Shown: positions 50,496 through 59,493, counted from the first letter of the stretch. The stretch: 61,520 nt of DNA from Patescibacteria group bacterium (GCA_036266555.1 DATAMW010000030.1:1-61520), one strand, 5' to 3'. Numbers and translations: made by a program. Notes: generated from the letters alone by a model not told the origin.

Positions 50496-53400
50496 TGCCA
50501 GAGATTACTATCAATTTAATCCATGATTTGAGAAAGTCTCATGCGCTTAAAAAACCCAAGCCACCTTTTTTTGGTGGGCTGCGAACAGGTTATGTTCGTG
50601 CTTGGGTTTTTGTGGTGCTTAAAGTTTGGTTGATCGTTGCTTTAATCAACGGCGTTACCACCATGGATAAAATTGAAAGAAATATGGCATTGCTAGATAG
50701 TTATATTCGCAATGATTTTTCTCAACCTGAAATATTTTTTCCAAACCAACCTCAGACTACATTAGCAATTGGAAAATTCCATAAACCAAAATCATCAAAC
50801 TCATTGCAAACGAATTCTGGTGTGTTTATGCCACGCGGCCCTGAGCTAGCAACTGATAACAATGAAGAAGGAACAGTGGCTGGAGATTTTACTGCAAGCT
50901 CATCTAGTACACAAAGTATTGTTTCCTCAGCTTCTTCTGCGTCGCTAGTATCAGTACCGCCTTCGCCAGCCCAGGCAACTTCAGGGAATAGTTCTGCTGC
51001 AGCGCTGACAAATGTTACTGAACAATTTGTGCAGCAGACTGTGCAATATTCTTTAGCGCAATCAATTAACTTTGGATTCATATTAGGCAACGGCACAGCA
51101 TTGCGCGGTTGTTTGTTCGCAGACCAATACGGAATTATTTCTGGGAGCGGACGCCGTTGTACAACTGGCGGCGGGGGAAGCAGTAGTTCTGGTGGCGGTA
51201 CTGTGAGCATGGCTATAGGGGACGCAGTTACAGGTGCTACTCAAGGCTCAGTCTTATTTGCTGGAGCTAGTGGAGCGCTTGCCCAAGACAACACTAATTT
51301 CTTTTTTGATGATTCAACTAACAGCTTAAGTCTTGGTGGCAACTTAACTGTGGCCGGCCTTGGCGGTAGCGGCATCAGATGTTTGCAAACTGATAACACT
51401 GGTGCAATTTCTGTAGCCGGTGCATCTTGTGGTTCTGGTGGCAGCCAAACTCCGTGGACAGCCCCAATCGATGCTGATGGATTTGCAGTGACCAACTCAA
51501 CCGGATTTAACGGCTTAGTAGTTACTCCGAATAGCGGCGTAATTACGACTGGAACTTGGAATGGCACTACAATTGCCGTAGCCAATGGCGGCACAGGAGG
51601 TACATCATTTACATCTAATGGAGTGGTGTATGGCAATGGCTCATCTCCATTACAAGTTACAGCTCAAGGCGGAGCGAACACAGTGCTTGTGGCAAACAAT
51701 GGTGCACCAAGTTTCAGTTCGTCCATCACAGTTGGTACAAGTGTTACTTCTCCAACGGTTAACGCAACAACCGCGGTACAAATTAATGGCGCCAACATTA
51801 ACACTGCTGGCACTTTAAATAATGTTGCTTACTTAAATCAAGCGAATAATTTTGTAGCATCAAGTACTGTTGGAATTTCATATACAAACAGTTCTGGGCA
51901 TGCGTTAATGAAGGTTGATGCTGCTAGTGCGTCTCAAGGTGGATATTACATTTACAAAGCTGGAGTAGAAAAAGCGCAACTGGCTGTGTTGGGATCTTCA
52001 AATGATTTAACTTTCAATATGGCAGGCACTCCTCACATGACTTTGCAGGCTGCTGGTAACTTGGGTATTGGCGATGCATCTCCAGCCGCTATGCTAACTG
52101 TAGGTAACGGCGACTTATTCCAAGTCAATAGTAGTGGTGCAATTGCTGCAGCCACTGGCATCACTTCTTCTGGAACAATTACTCTTTCTGGTTTAGGCGG
52201 CGGCGGTGTACAGTGTGTGCAAACTTCTAACACTGGTGTGTTATCTGCGGCCGCTTGCGGTGGCAGCGGAGGAATAACAATCGGCACAACCGCAATCACC
52301 AGCGGCACTAACGGTCGTGTACTGTATGACAACTCTGGCGTTGTCGGGGAAATGACAACTACTGGTTCAGGCACAGTATTAGCTTTGGCAACTAGCCCAG
52401 CATTTTCTACATCAATTTCTACACCGTCTATTGTAACCGCTTCCGGTGCATTAACTGTTACTCCAGCCGCTGGCTCTAATTTAAACATAAACCTCTCTAC
52501 TACTGGTGACTTTGCGGTTAATACAAATCAACTCTATGTTGATACTTCAACTGGAAATGTTGGGATTGGCACCGCTAGTCCTAGTAGCTTATTAACCGTT
52601 GTGGGTACTGGTGCTAGCGATAGTGCTATTACCATAGGCCCAACTACTGCGTCTGATGGTAATGCAACTTTGTATCTAAATGGTAAGAATGGAGGCACTA
52701 CTTATCAAGCAAGTATATATTCTAGCTATCTTGGAGCATTACTTATAGCACCGAATGCTGCTGACCCTTCGGTAATTATCGGCGGTGCGGATTATGTAAA
52801 TGGGAATATGCTAAATGTTTTTGGGAGAGCCGCGATAGGTTCGACATATGCAGCTTCGGCCGCTCCAACTGATGGGATGATTATTGAAGGCAATGTTGGC
52901 ATTGGCGATGCTACTCCAGTTGCCATGTTTACTGTTGGCGCCGGCGACTTATTCCAAGTCAACTCTTCTGGTGCAATTGCTGCTACCACTGGCATTACAA
53001 CTACTGGTGCTTTAAATACTTATGTTGGCGGTGGTGCAGATATCTTTAATGCCTTTGACACTAGTGACAGCAATAATCCAGTTGCTACCATGTACATTGG
53101 TTCTGACAGTGGAATCATGGAATTAGGTGGCGGTGGAACATTAGACCAAATTCATTTAAGTGGTGCTGGAGGTGGATCGTCATATTTCAGAAACAGCCTT
53201 GGGATTGGCACGGATACCCCTGGCTATTTGTTACATGTAGCAGAAAACACTAGCAATGGCTCTAGCTCTATCACCGCAAATATGACGCCGACTTATGATT
53301 ACAGTTCAAATGGCTCCCATCCACAAACTGTTCTTTGGGCTCAGCCGGTAATTACAGGTAGTGCAAATAATACTGGCACAATTCGCGCCTTCAATGCACT

Positions 53401-55105
53401 CGCTGATGACAACACCAATACAGGTGTACTGACCAAAGTGATTGGTGCTGAATTAGCAACAGAAAACAATGATGCAGGTACAATAATCAATGCTTATGGT
53501 TCATATAATAGAGTAGATAAAAATTACACTGGCCCAATCACTACAGCTTATGGAACCTATTCCGCGGTCAACAATAATAATGCTACGAATGCAATCACTA
53601 CAGCTTATGGTTTATATTCTGGCGTCAATAATTCTGGTACTATCGATACTGGGTACGGTTTGTATATTAATGACATTCAAGCTACAACAGGTTACGGAGT
53701 ATATCAGTCAGGCAGTAGTAACAATAACTACTTTGCTGGCGCTGTTGGCATAGGCACAGCTACCCCTGACTATATGTTAGATGTAGCTGGAGATATGGGT
53801 ATAGGTGATGGTTCTTCTCCAGGAACAATTTACGACAACTCAGGTTCGACTGATAGAATTGAATTTTCAAATACTGGTGCAGCCGTTAGTGTAATTTCCG
53901 CGGGAAGCACTTTCTTTACTGCTAATGGAACCGGTGGGGTTATGGATTTCAATCCTAACCAAGAAAATATAGACTGGAGAGTAAGATCAAATGCAACTAC
54001 CTATTCACTAACTGTTAATGGCTTAACAGGTCATGTTGGCATTGGCACTAATAGTGCATCAGAACAGTTAACCGTTGGTGGGAACATTACAACTGAAACA
54101 AGTGATTATGGCAATGGAGCTGCGGGCCCAATTATTATTCTTGGTCGCAACAACAATGGCACTACTGGCGCTGGTAGTGTGAACTTCCAAAGCAAAGCTG
54201 GTACTGCTGGTTACGTGTGGCAAGATAACGCTGGCAATTTAAGAATAAATACTTCTGCACCAACCAACGCGCTAGACACAGCAGGGGTAGTAGTAGGAAC
54301 TCAAACTTCTACTCGTAACACCAAACAAGATATTACAGATTACACAGACTATGCTGCTGCTTTGAACATGGTCACCAGTGCGCCGCTGCATACTTTCCGT
54401 TACATCAAGGATGTTCATGGTTATGGCGCAAACAGCCCATTGGCAAAACCACACATTGGTTATATTGCAGACGAAGTGCCTGCAGATTTTATGTGGGGTA
54501 ATTCAATTGACCAAGTTTCTGTTAATGGTATTTTGATGGCCAGCATAAAAGCATTAAATGCAAAAATTACAGATTTGCAAACTGCTAGTGCAAATCCAAA
54601 CTTGTTTGCATCTGATACGCCAATTATTTTGCAATCACAATTATACTTGTCTGGAGATAATGTTGGTGAAGCGAAAATTTTAGCTGGTCAAAAATCTGTG
54701 CACGTGAGTTTTGTTAAAAATTATCAGTATCAACCAATTGTTACTACAACCCCAGAAGGCCGTGTTGGCAGCGAGTACTGGGTGAGTGACAAGGACGAAT
54801 CCGGCTTCACTATATACATAGATCAGGAAGCTAGCGATGACATTGTCTTTGACTGGCATTCTTTTGCAGGGCAAAGCGCTAAGTTAACTGTGTCTGATGG
54901 ATCTACATCAAACATTGAATTAGTGGTGGCAAGCGCCCCTGTGGCTCCGCCCGCTGGTACTCCGCCATCTGAGCCAACTCCACCAGAGCCAGCGGATTCT
55001 GGAACAGTTGCTGGGGATACAACACCGCCAGATTCTGGGACCGACGGTGGAGTTATAACCCCACGTGGCGATGCACTCCCTGCAGATTCGCAACCAACTG
55101 AGTAA
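50495..55105 (+). CDS. Membrane-anchored giant tail-fibre-like protein (1536 aa) with a peptidase-S74-type intramolecular chaperone domain
   Basis: N-terminal TM helix (WVFVVLKVWLIVALINGV). G/S/T/A-rich body with recurring (N/S)(L/V)GIG(T/D)A(S/T)P..(L/M)(L/F)TV motifs. Near the C-terminus, TSTRNTKQDITDY...PHIGYIADEVPADFMW...NGILMASIKALNAKITDLQ matches the endosialidase-chaperone (S74) pattern with a Ser-x4-Lys dyad. Confidence 0.7.
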   Translation: MPEITINLIHDLRKSHALKKPKPPFFGGLRTGYVRAWVFVVLKVWLIVALINGVTTMDKIERNMALLDSYIRNDFSQPEIFFPNQPQTTLAIGKFHKPKSSNSLQTNSGVFMPRGPELATDNNEEGTVAGDFTASSSSTQSIVSSASSASLVSVPPSPAQATSGNSSAAALTNVTEQFVQQTVQYSLAQSINFGFILGNGTALRGCLFADQYGIISGSGRRCTTGGGGSSSSGGGTVSMAIGDAVTGATQGSVLFAGASGALAQDNTNFFFDDSTNSLSLGGNLTVAGLGGSGIRCLQTDNTGAISVAGASCGSGGSQTPWTAPIDADGFAVTNSTGFNGLVVTPNSGVITTGTWNGTTIAVANGGTGGTSFTSNGVVYGNGSSPLQVTAQGGANTVLVANNGAPSFSSSITVGTSVTSPTVNATTAVQINGANINTAGTLNNVAYLNQANNFVASSTVGISYTNSSGHALMKVDAASASQGGYYIYKAGVEKAQLAVLGSSNDLTFNMAGTPHMTLQAAGNLGIGDASPAAMLTVGNGDLFQVNSSGAIAAATGITSSGTITLSGLGGGGVQCVQTSNTGVLSAAACGGSGGITIGTTAITSGTNGRVLYDNSGVVGEMTTTGSGTVLALATSPAFSTSISTPSIVTASGALTVTPAAGSNLNINLSTTGDFAVNTNQLYVDTSTGNVGIGTASPSSLLTVVGTGASDSAITIGPTTASDGNATLYLNGKNGGTTYQASIYSSYLGALLIAPNAADPSVIIGGADYVNGNMLNVFGRAAIGSTYAASAAPTDGMIIEGNVGIGDATPVAMFTVGAGDLFQVNSSGAIAATTGITTTGALNTYVGGGADIFNAFDTSDSNNPVATMYIGSDSGIMELGGGGTLDQIHLSGAGGGSSYFRNSLGIGTDTPGYLLHVAENTSNGSSSITANMTPTYDYSSNGSHPQTVLWAQPVITGSANNTGTIRAFNALADDNTNTGVLTKVIGAELATENNDAGTIINAYGSYNRVDKNYTGPITTAYGTYSAVNNNNATNAITTAYGLYSGVNNSGTIDTGYGLYINDIQATTGYGVYQSGSSNNNYFAGAVGIGTATPDYMLDVAGDMGIGDGSSPGTIYDNSGSTDRIEFSNTGAAVSVISAGSTFFTANGTGGVMDFNPNQENIDWRVRSNATTYSLTVNGLTGHVGIGTNSASEQLTVGGNITTETSDYGNGAAGPIIILGRNNNGTTGAGSVNFQSKAGTAGYVWQDNAGNLRINTSAPTNALDTAGVVVGTQTSTRNTKQDITDYTDYAAALNMVTSAPLHTFRYIKDVHGYGANSPLAKPHIGYIADEVPADFMWGNSIDQVSVNGILMASIKALNAKITDLQTASANPNLFASDTPIILQSQLYLSGDNVGEAKILAGQKSVHVSFVKNYQYQPIVTTTPEGRVGSEYWVSDKDESGFTIYIDQEASDDIVFDWHSFAGQSAKLTVSDGSTSNIELVVASAPVAPPAGTPPSEPTPPEPADSGTVAGDTTPPDSGTDGGVITPRGDALPADSQPTE

Positions 55106-55117
55106 TTATTTCAAAGT

Positions 55118-58100
55118 ATGAAATTTTTAACACTAAAATCTATATTTTCAAAAACCGCAATCGCATTGTTGGTTCTTGTAGTTGTAGTTAGCGTTGGAAA
55201 TCTTGCAGACCTATCTAAGGTGAGCGCAACTGGAACTCCAACAGACCCTAACTCTACTGGGTATTCTTGGTCAGACATGACTTGTACGCTAAACGCTGGG
55301 GTAAGTTGTGCTGGTGGTGTTGTGACTCGAACAGCAGCGAGCAGTGGTTATGGTGCTGCATACGCCCAAGCTAATCAAACTATTCAATACGGCACCGGTG
55401 CCGTCGCGGTACAAATTAATTCTATTAATGATGTATTTAGATTTGGATTAACTAATACAGGAACTTGGAATATCTTGCCATCAGCAATCACTGCTCCAGA
55501 TCCAAGCAGTGATGAAACTAGTTCCACTGCTCCAACTTTTGGTTTTTCATTCAGTGGTTCAGGGAACTATCGAATTTGGAATCAAGAGTCTGGCAGATTG
55601 TTCAATGTTGATTCTGGAAATGGAGTATTCCAAGCAGGTGACTGGGCAATTGTTTATTCTGATGAAGGAACTGTAAAGTATTATCGAGATCACGCTGGTT
55701 CGCTAACACTTTTGTACACTAGCGACTTCAATCCAGTTTCGCCGTCTTACCCATTGCTGCCACAGATTTCTATCAGTACTAACGGCGCTGCGGAAACAGT
55801 AAAAGTGTTGCAGCCAAAAGCATTTGGTAGCTCTGGAACAGTGTACGTGGCAACAACAGGAACCACATATGGGGCTGGCACTTTGGCTGACCCAATTACT
55901 TTAACTGCTGCTATCGACGGTAGTCGCCCTGTTTGTGGTAGTAGTGGTAATAATGATATTACCATTGCTGATGGTACCTACACTGCACCTTTCACAGCAC
56001 GCGTGAGTGGTAGTTCAGGCACCCTTTGTAAAATTCACGCCACGAATATCACCTATCCACCTTCTGTAAAAATTACTAATGCCACTAATGATATTAGTAT
56101 TACTGTAAGTGGGGACTATGAACAATGGAAAGATGTTGAAATTTATAACTCCAGTACTATTCGTACTACCACACAAGCTGGGGCTAGTACTGAAGCCACA
56201 ATTGACACTCATCGAAATGATGGTTGGCGCAGCGATGGCACCGGGAACCAAATAATCAACTCTGTAATTCATGACGAAGTTAACGGCATAGTTTCTCAGA
56301 CTCATGGCGGCACTATTGCTAGAGGGAATATTTCTTACAATAATGGTTTTAGTGCGAGCGATGGTGGAGCAGGCCACTGTGCTTATGTGCACAACACCAC
56401 AGATGTAGACAGATCGTATTTAAATAACAACGTGTTCTTTGGCTGTTATGGTTTGCAAATGCAATACTATAACCAAAATGGAGGGGACGAGACTGGTAAT
56501 ATGACTTTTGATAGAGACGTGGCTATTGGTGGAATGTTTGGAATTTTAGGACAAGGTCCAAAAACAGATATTGATGTAACCAATACCCATGTTTATAAAG
56601 GTAGCTTAACCTTAGGTTATTCAAATGAGATCAATCATACTGGCGGGGTATTTGATCATGATTATGTATATGGAGTCACGCCAATGCAAGTTAAGACTTG
56701 GGCCGGATTCAGTATCACAAATAATAAAATTGTAGAACAGGCAAATGGTGGTAATCGCATGATGGTGATGAATCAAAAAACTGGTACACCGCTTGGCTCA
56801 TATACTTTTACTGGCAATACTTATTATCGTGGATTAACAGGGAGCTGTCCTGGTGCTTGCCAAGAATTTACCATTTTAGATCAAAACGGAACTTCTCCTG
56901 TGGACTATACCATTGCTCAATGGCTGGGTTTGGGCTTTGATTCCGGCTCAACTTTTTATGATACTGCTAACGAAGCAGGAACTCCATATGGGACAGGCGT
57001 GGCAGTTCGTCCAAACACAACTGATGTATATGTAAACCCAAATGCTGACCAAGTCGGTCGTGCTAACGTGGTAATTTGGAACTGGCCATTGGCTAATAAC
57101 GTTAATGTTAACTTGTCTACTTCTGGATTAACCAACGGGCAACATTATGATGTGTACTCGGTTATATCCGGTAAAAAATTAATTTCTCAAGGTACATATA
57201 ACTCCAGTTCACCGACTGTATCATTCCCAATGAATACAGATGATGCACCTATTGCCCCAATAGGAGATTCTGGTTCAACTATTACTACAACCTTGCCGGA
57301 ATTCGGTGTGTTTGTGGTAATGCCAGGAACTAGTACAGACACCACTAACCCAACTGTTTCAATTACTGCTCCAGCCAACAGCGCCACGGTTTCTGGTTCA
57401 AGTGTCACTGTTTCTGCAAATGCTTCTGACAACGTTGGTGTGGTTGGTGTGCAATTTAAATTAGACGGCTCTAACTTAGGTTCCGAAGATACTTCAGCAC
57501 CGTACTCCATTACTTGGGACAGTACTGGAGCGTCGAATGCCAGTCATGCGTTGACTGCAGTGGCGCGTGATGCCGCGACCAATTCTACTACGTCGTCTAC
57601 TATTACTGTTACAGTGGATAATACACTTCCTACTGTTGCCACGCCGAGTATTTCTCCAAATGGCGGATCATTCAGCAGTGCGCAGTCTGTGACTCTCTCG
57701 ACAGTAACTTCTGGCGCAACCATCCGCTACACCACAGATGGCACTACGCCAACTTCTAGTTCAGGTACAATTTATAGTTCAGCTTTCTTAGTTTCGTCTA
57801 CAGCAACTGTAAAAGCTATTGCGTACAAAAATGGGAATACTGATAGCTCTGTTGCATCCGCATCCTTTACTATCACCATTCCCGCTGTAGTAGCGGATCC
57901 AAGCATTTCCCCGAACGGTGGATCGTTTAGTGATACACAATCCGTGACTCTCTCTACCGTAACTTCTGGCGCTAGCATCCGATACACCACAGATGGCACT
58001 ACGCCAACTTCTAGCTCAGGTACTGTCTACAGTTCAGCATTCAGTATTTCGGCTACAACTACTGTGAAAGCCATTGCCTACAAGAGCGGAGATATTGATA

Positions 58101-58822
58101 GTTCTGTTGCATCAGCAACGTTCACTCTTGCTTCCAGCGGAGGCGGCGGTGGAGGCGGAGGGTCGTCCGGTAGTGGCGGCGGATCTTCAGGCGGCGGTGG
58201 AAGTGGTGGTAGTGGCGGTGGCGGTGGAGTGAATCCTCCGCCAGTTATCCTCCCGCCATCAACAGTCACTGTTCATTTGGTGAATGCTCAGGGAACATTG
58301 TATTTAATTCAGAGTGGTTATAAAAAAGGGATTCCATCACCTGATATTATGCGTTCATGCGGATTCGACTTTACAGATGCTGTCTCTGCTTCTCCTGCAG
58401 ACTTAGCATTACCTACAAGTGTACTCTTGCCTTGTGGGGGCATAACGATGAAAGATTATGTACATAAAACTATTTATCAAATATTTTTGGGCGAGAAGCA
58501 TCCGTTTACGTCTCGCAATGTATTTTCAGGGCTAAGCTTTAAATTCCCTTCGGTGTTTACATTCCCGAACACAACTGTTCAAAGTTTGCCGGACGGGGCG
58601 CCGATAGGAAGTGCCTCTCAGCATCATGCTCCACAAACAGACATTGTTATTAATGGAACGGTTTATTGGATTGATGGCGATTCGATTAGGCATCCTTATC
58701 CATCAACAATAATTTGGAATTCTTGGCATAAGGACAATGATTATTCTTCAGCTGTGACTGCGAATCAATTTGATATTGCTTTGCCAGTTGGTCATGATGT
58801 GCCATTGCGAGTGTATCAGTAA
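55118..58822 (+). CDS. Giant secreted protein (1234 aa) with a right-handed beta-helix-like (pectate-lyase/depolymerase-like) region, an Ig-like domain, two CHB_HEX_C-like repeats, a Gly-rich linker and a triple C-terminal repeat
   Basis: Signal peptide. Region ~55.8-56.8 kb has short N/G/T-rich turns (NNGFSASDGGAGHC, NNNVFFGCYG). The Ig-like segment DTTNPTVSITAPANSATVSGS...DNVGVVGVQFKLDG...APYSITWD resembles a bacterial Ig domain. Two SISPNGGSF...IRYTTDGTTPTSSSG copies resemble CHB_HEX_C. Confidence 0.65.
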   Translation: MKFLTLKSIFSKTAIALLVLVVVVSVGNLADLSKVSATGTPTDPNSTGYSWSDMTCTLNAGVSCAGGVVTRTAASSGYGAAYAQANQTIQYGTGAVAVQINSINDVFRFGLTNTGTWNILPSAITAPDPSSDETSSTAPTFGFSFSGSGNYRIWNQESGRLFNVDSGNGVFQAGDWAIVYSDEGTVKYYRDHAGSLTLLYTSDFNPVSPSYPLLPQISISTNGAAETVKVLQPKAFGSSGTVYVATTGTTYGAGTLADPITLTAAIDGSRPVCGSSGNNDITIADGTYTAPFTARVSGSSGTLCKIHATNITYPPSVKITNATNDISITVSGDYEQWKDVEIYNSSTIRTTTQAGASTEATIDTHRNDGWRSDGTGNQIINSVIHDEVNGIVSQTHGGTIARGNISYNNGFSASDGGAGHCAYVHNTTDVDRSYLNNNVFFGCYGLQMQYYNQNGGDETGNMTFDRDVAIGGMFGILGQGPKTDIDVTNTHVYKGSLTLGYSNEINHTGGVFDHDYVYGVTPMQVKTWAGFSITNNKIVEQANGGNRMMVMNQKTGTPLGSYTFTGNTYYRGLTGSCPGACQEFTILDQNGTSPVDYTIAQWLGLGFDSGSTFYDTANEAGTPYGTGVAVRPNTTDVYVNPNADQVGRANVVIWNWPLANNVNVNLSTSGLTNGQHYDVYSVISGKKLISQGTYNSSSPTVSFPMNTDDAPIAPIGDSGSTITTTLPEFGVFVVMPGTSTDTTNPTVSITAPANSATVSGSSVTVSANASDNVGVVGVQFKLDGSNLGSEDTSAPYSITWDSTGASNASHALTAVARDAATNSTTSSTITVTVDNTLPTVATPSISPNGGSFSSAQSVTLSTVTSGATIRYTTDGTTPTSSSGTIYSSAFLVSSTATVKAIAYKNGNTDSSVASASFTITIPAVVADPSISPNGGSFSDTQSVTLSTVTSGASIRYTTDGTTPTSSSGTVYSSAFSISATTTVKAIAYKSGDIDSSVASATFTLASSGGGGGGGGSSGSGGGSSGGGGSGGSGGGGGVNPPPVILPPSTVTVHLVNAQGTLYLIQSGYKKGIPSPDIMRSCGFDFTDAVSASPADLALPTSVLLPCGGITMKDYVHKTIYQIFLGEKHPFTSRNVFSGLSFKFPSVFTFPNTTVQSLPDGAPIGSASQHHAPQTDIVINGTVYWIDGDSIRHPYPSTIIWNSWHKDNDYSSAVTANQFDIALPVGHDVPLRVYQ
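57644..58131 (+). repeat. Tandem in-frame duplication (255-nt period) encoding two CHB_HEX_C-like domains
   Basis: ccgagtatttctccaaatggcgga... at 57644 recurs as ccaagcatttccccgaacggtgga... at 57899. There are long identical stretches, for example acaccacagatggcactacgccaacttctag. Confidence 0.85.
58134..58230 (+). repeat. Gly/Ser-rich low-complexity linker
   Basis: SSGGGGGGGSSGSGGGSSGGGGSGGSGGGGG, encoded by GGN/AGY-rich DNA. Confidence 0.9.
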
Positions 58823-58833
58823 TAATATTTGTG

Positions 58834-58862
58834 AAGACGCTGCCAAGCAGCGTCTTTTTTAT
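58834..58862 (+). terminator. Intrinsic terminator ending the surface-protein operon
   Basis: AAGACGCTGC-caa-GCAGCGTCTT followed by T6. Confidence 0.8.
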
Positions 58863-58877
58863 TTGGACAGATTTCGG

Positions 58878-58883
58878 TATACT
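58878..58883 (+). promoter_or_regulatory. -10 box (TATACT) 7 nt upstream of the ATG (leaderless-type)
   Basis: TATACT at 58878-58883, ATG at 58891. Confidence 0.4.
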
Positions 58884-58890
58884 ACTGAAT

Positions 58891-59493
58891 ATGCTCTCGG
58901 ACAAAAATTTTACAATTGTAGATGTAGAAACAACAGGCGGAAGCCCGTTTTTTAATCGTGTCATAGAGATTGGTTTGCTGCGTGTGGAAAAAGGTGAGGT
59001 CGTGGAAGAATATAAAACTTTGATAAACCCGGAAATGGACATTCCTGAATTCATTACCAACATGACTGGAATTACTGCACAGGCCGTGGCAAACGCACCG
59101 ACTTTTGCCGAGCTGGCGGATGAGATTTTATCAAAATTTGAGGACTCTATTTTTGTGGCCCACAACTCGCAATTTGATTATGGATTTTTAAAAGAAGAAT
59201 TTCGCCGTTTAGATTACAGCTTTAACATGCCGCAGCTGTGCACGGTGCGGTTATCGCGCGCGTTGTATCCAGAACATAAACATCATAACTTAACAGCGCT
59301 AATTGAACGCTATGAATTTGAATGTGCCAACCGGCATCGTGCGTTTGACGACGCCAAAGTGCTGTGGGATTTTTTGCAGCACGCGCAAACAAACATTGAA
59401 CCAGCCGAATTCCACAAAGCTTTGAAGCAGCAAATTCGCGTGCCGCGCGTTTTGGCCAGTGCACAAGCTCCCACACAAGAAGAATTAGAATGA
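58891..59493 (+). CDS. DnaQ-like 3'-5' exonuclease (DEDDh; DNA polymerase III epsilon-like)
   Basis: Start set at ATG 58891. Motifs IVDVETTGG, VAHNSQFDYGFL, HRAFDDAKVL. Confidence 0.85.
   Translation: MLSDKNFTIVDVETTGGSPFFNRVIEIGLLRVEKGEVVEEYKTLINPEMDIPEFITNMTGITAQAVANAPTFAELADEILSKFEDSIFVAHNSQFDYGFLKEEFRRLDYSFNMPQLCTVRLSRALYPEHKHHNLTALIERYEFECANRHRAFDDAKVLWDFLQHAQTNIEPAEFHKALKQQIRVPRVLASAQAPTQEELE

Noticed and set aside
50752-52995. Antisense ORFs inside the tail-fibre-like gene (50752-51210, 51241-51636, 52033-52488, 52792-52995; all minus)
   Set aside because: Same compositional artefact: G/A/T/S-rich coding on the + strand. The + strand frame is continuous for 1536 codons with recognisable domains.
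55055-55075. RGD tripeptide (ITPRGDALP) in the tail of the tail-fibre-like protein, as a possible integrin-type adhesion motif
   Set aside because: A tripeptide in a low-complexity region is expected by chance and has no obvious relevance to a bacterial host.
50119-58862. Intact prophage
   Set aside because: Only receptor-binding-type proteins and a small HTH gene are present. No integrase, terminase, capsid, portal, tail tube or lysis genes are seen, and the flanks are core genes. A degraded remnant cannot be excluded.
16697-59493. N-terminal extensions of track ORFs at 16697, 18935, 23562, 48061, 58831, 6112 and 60158
   Set aside because: Internal ATG or TTG starts give canonical N-termini or signal peptides (16766, 19040, 23634, 48148, 58891, 6145, 60227). 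The extensions overlap upstream genes, a tRNA flank, terminators or promoter hexamers.
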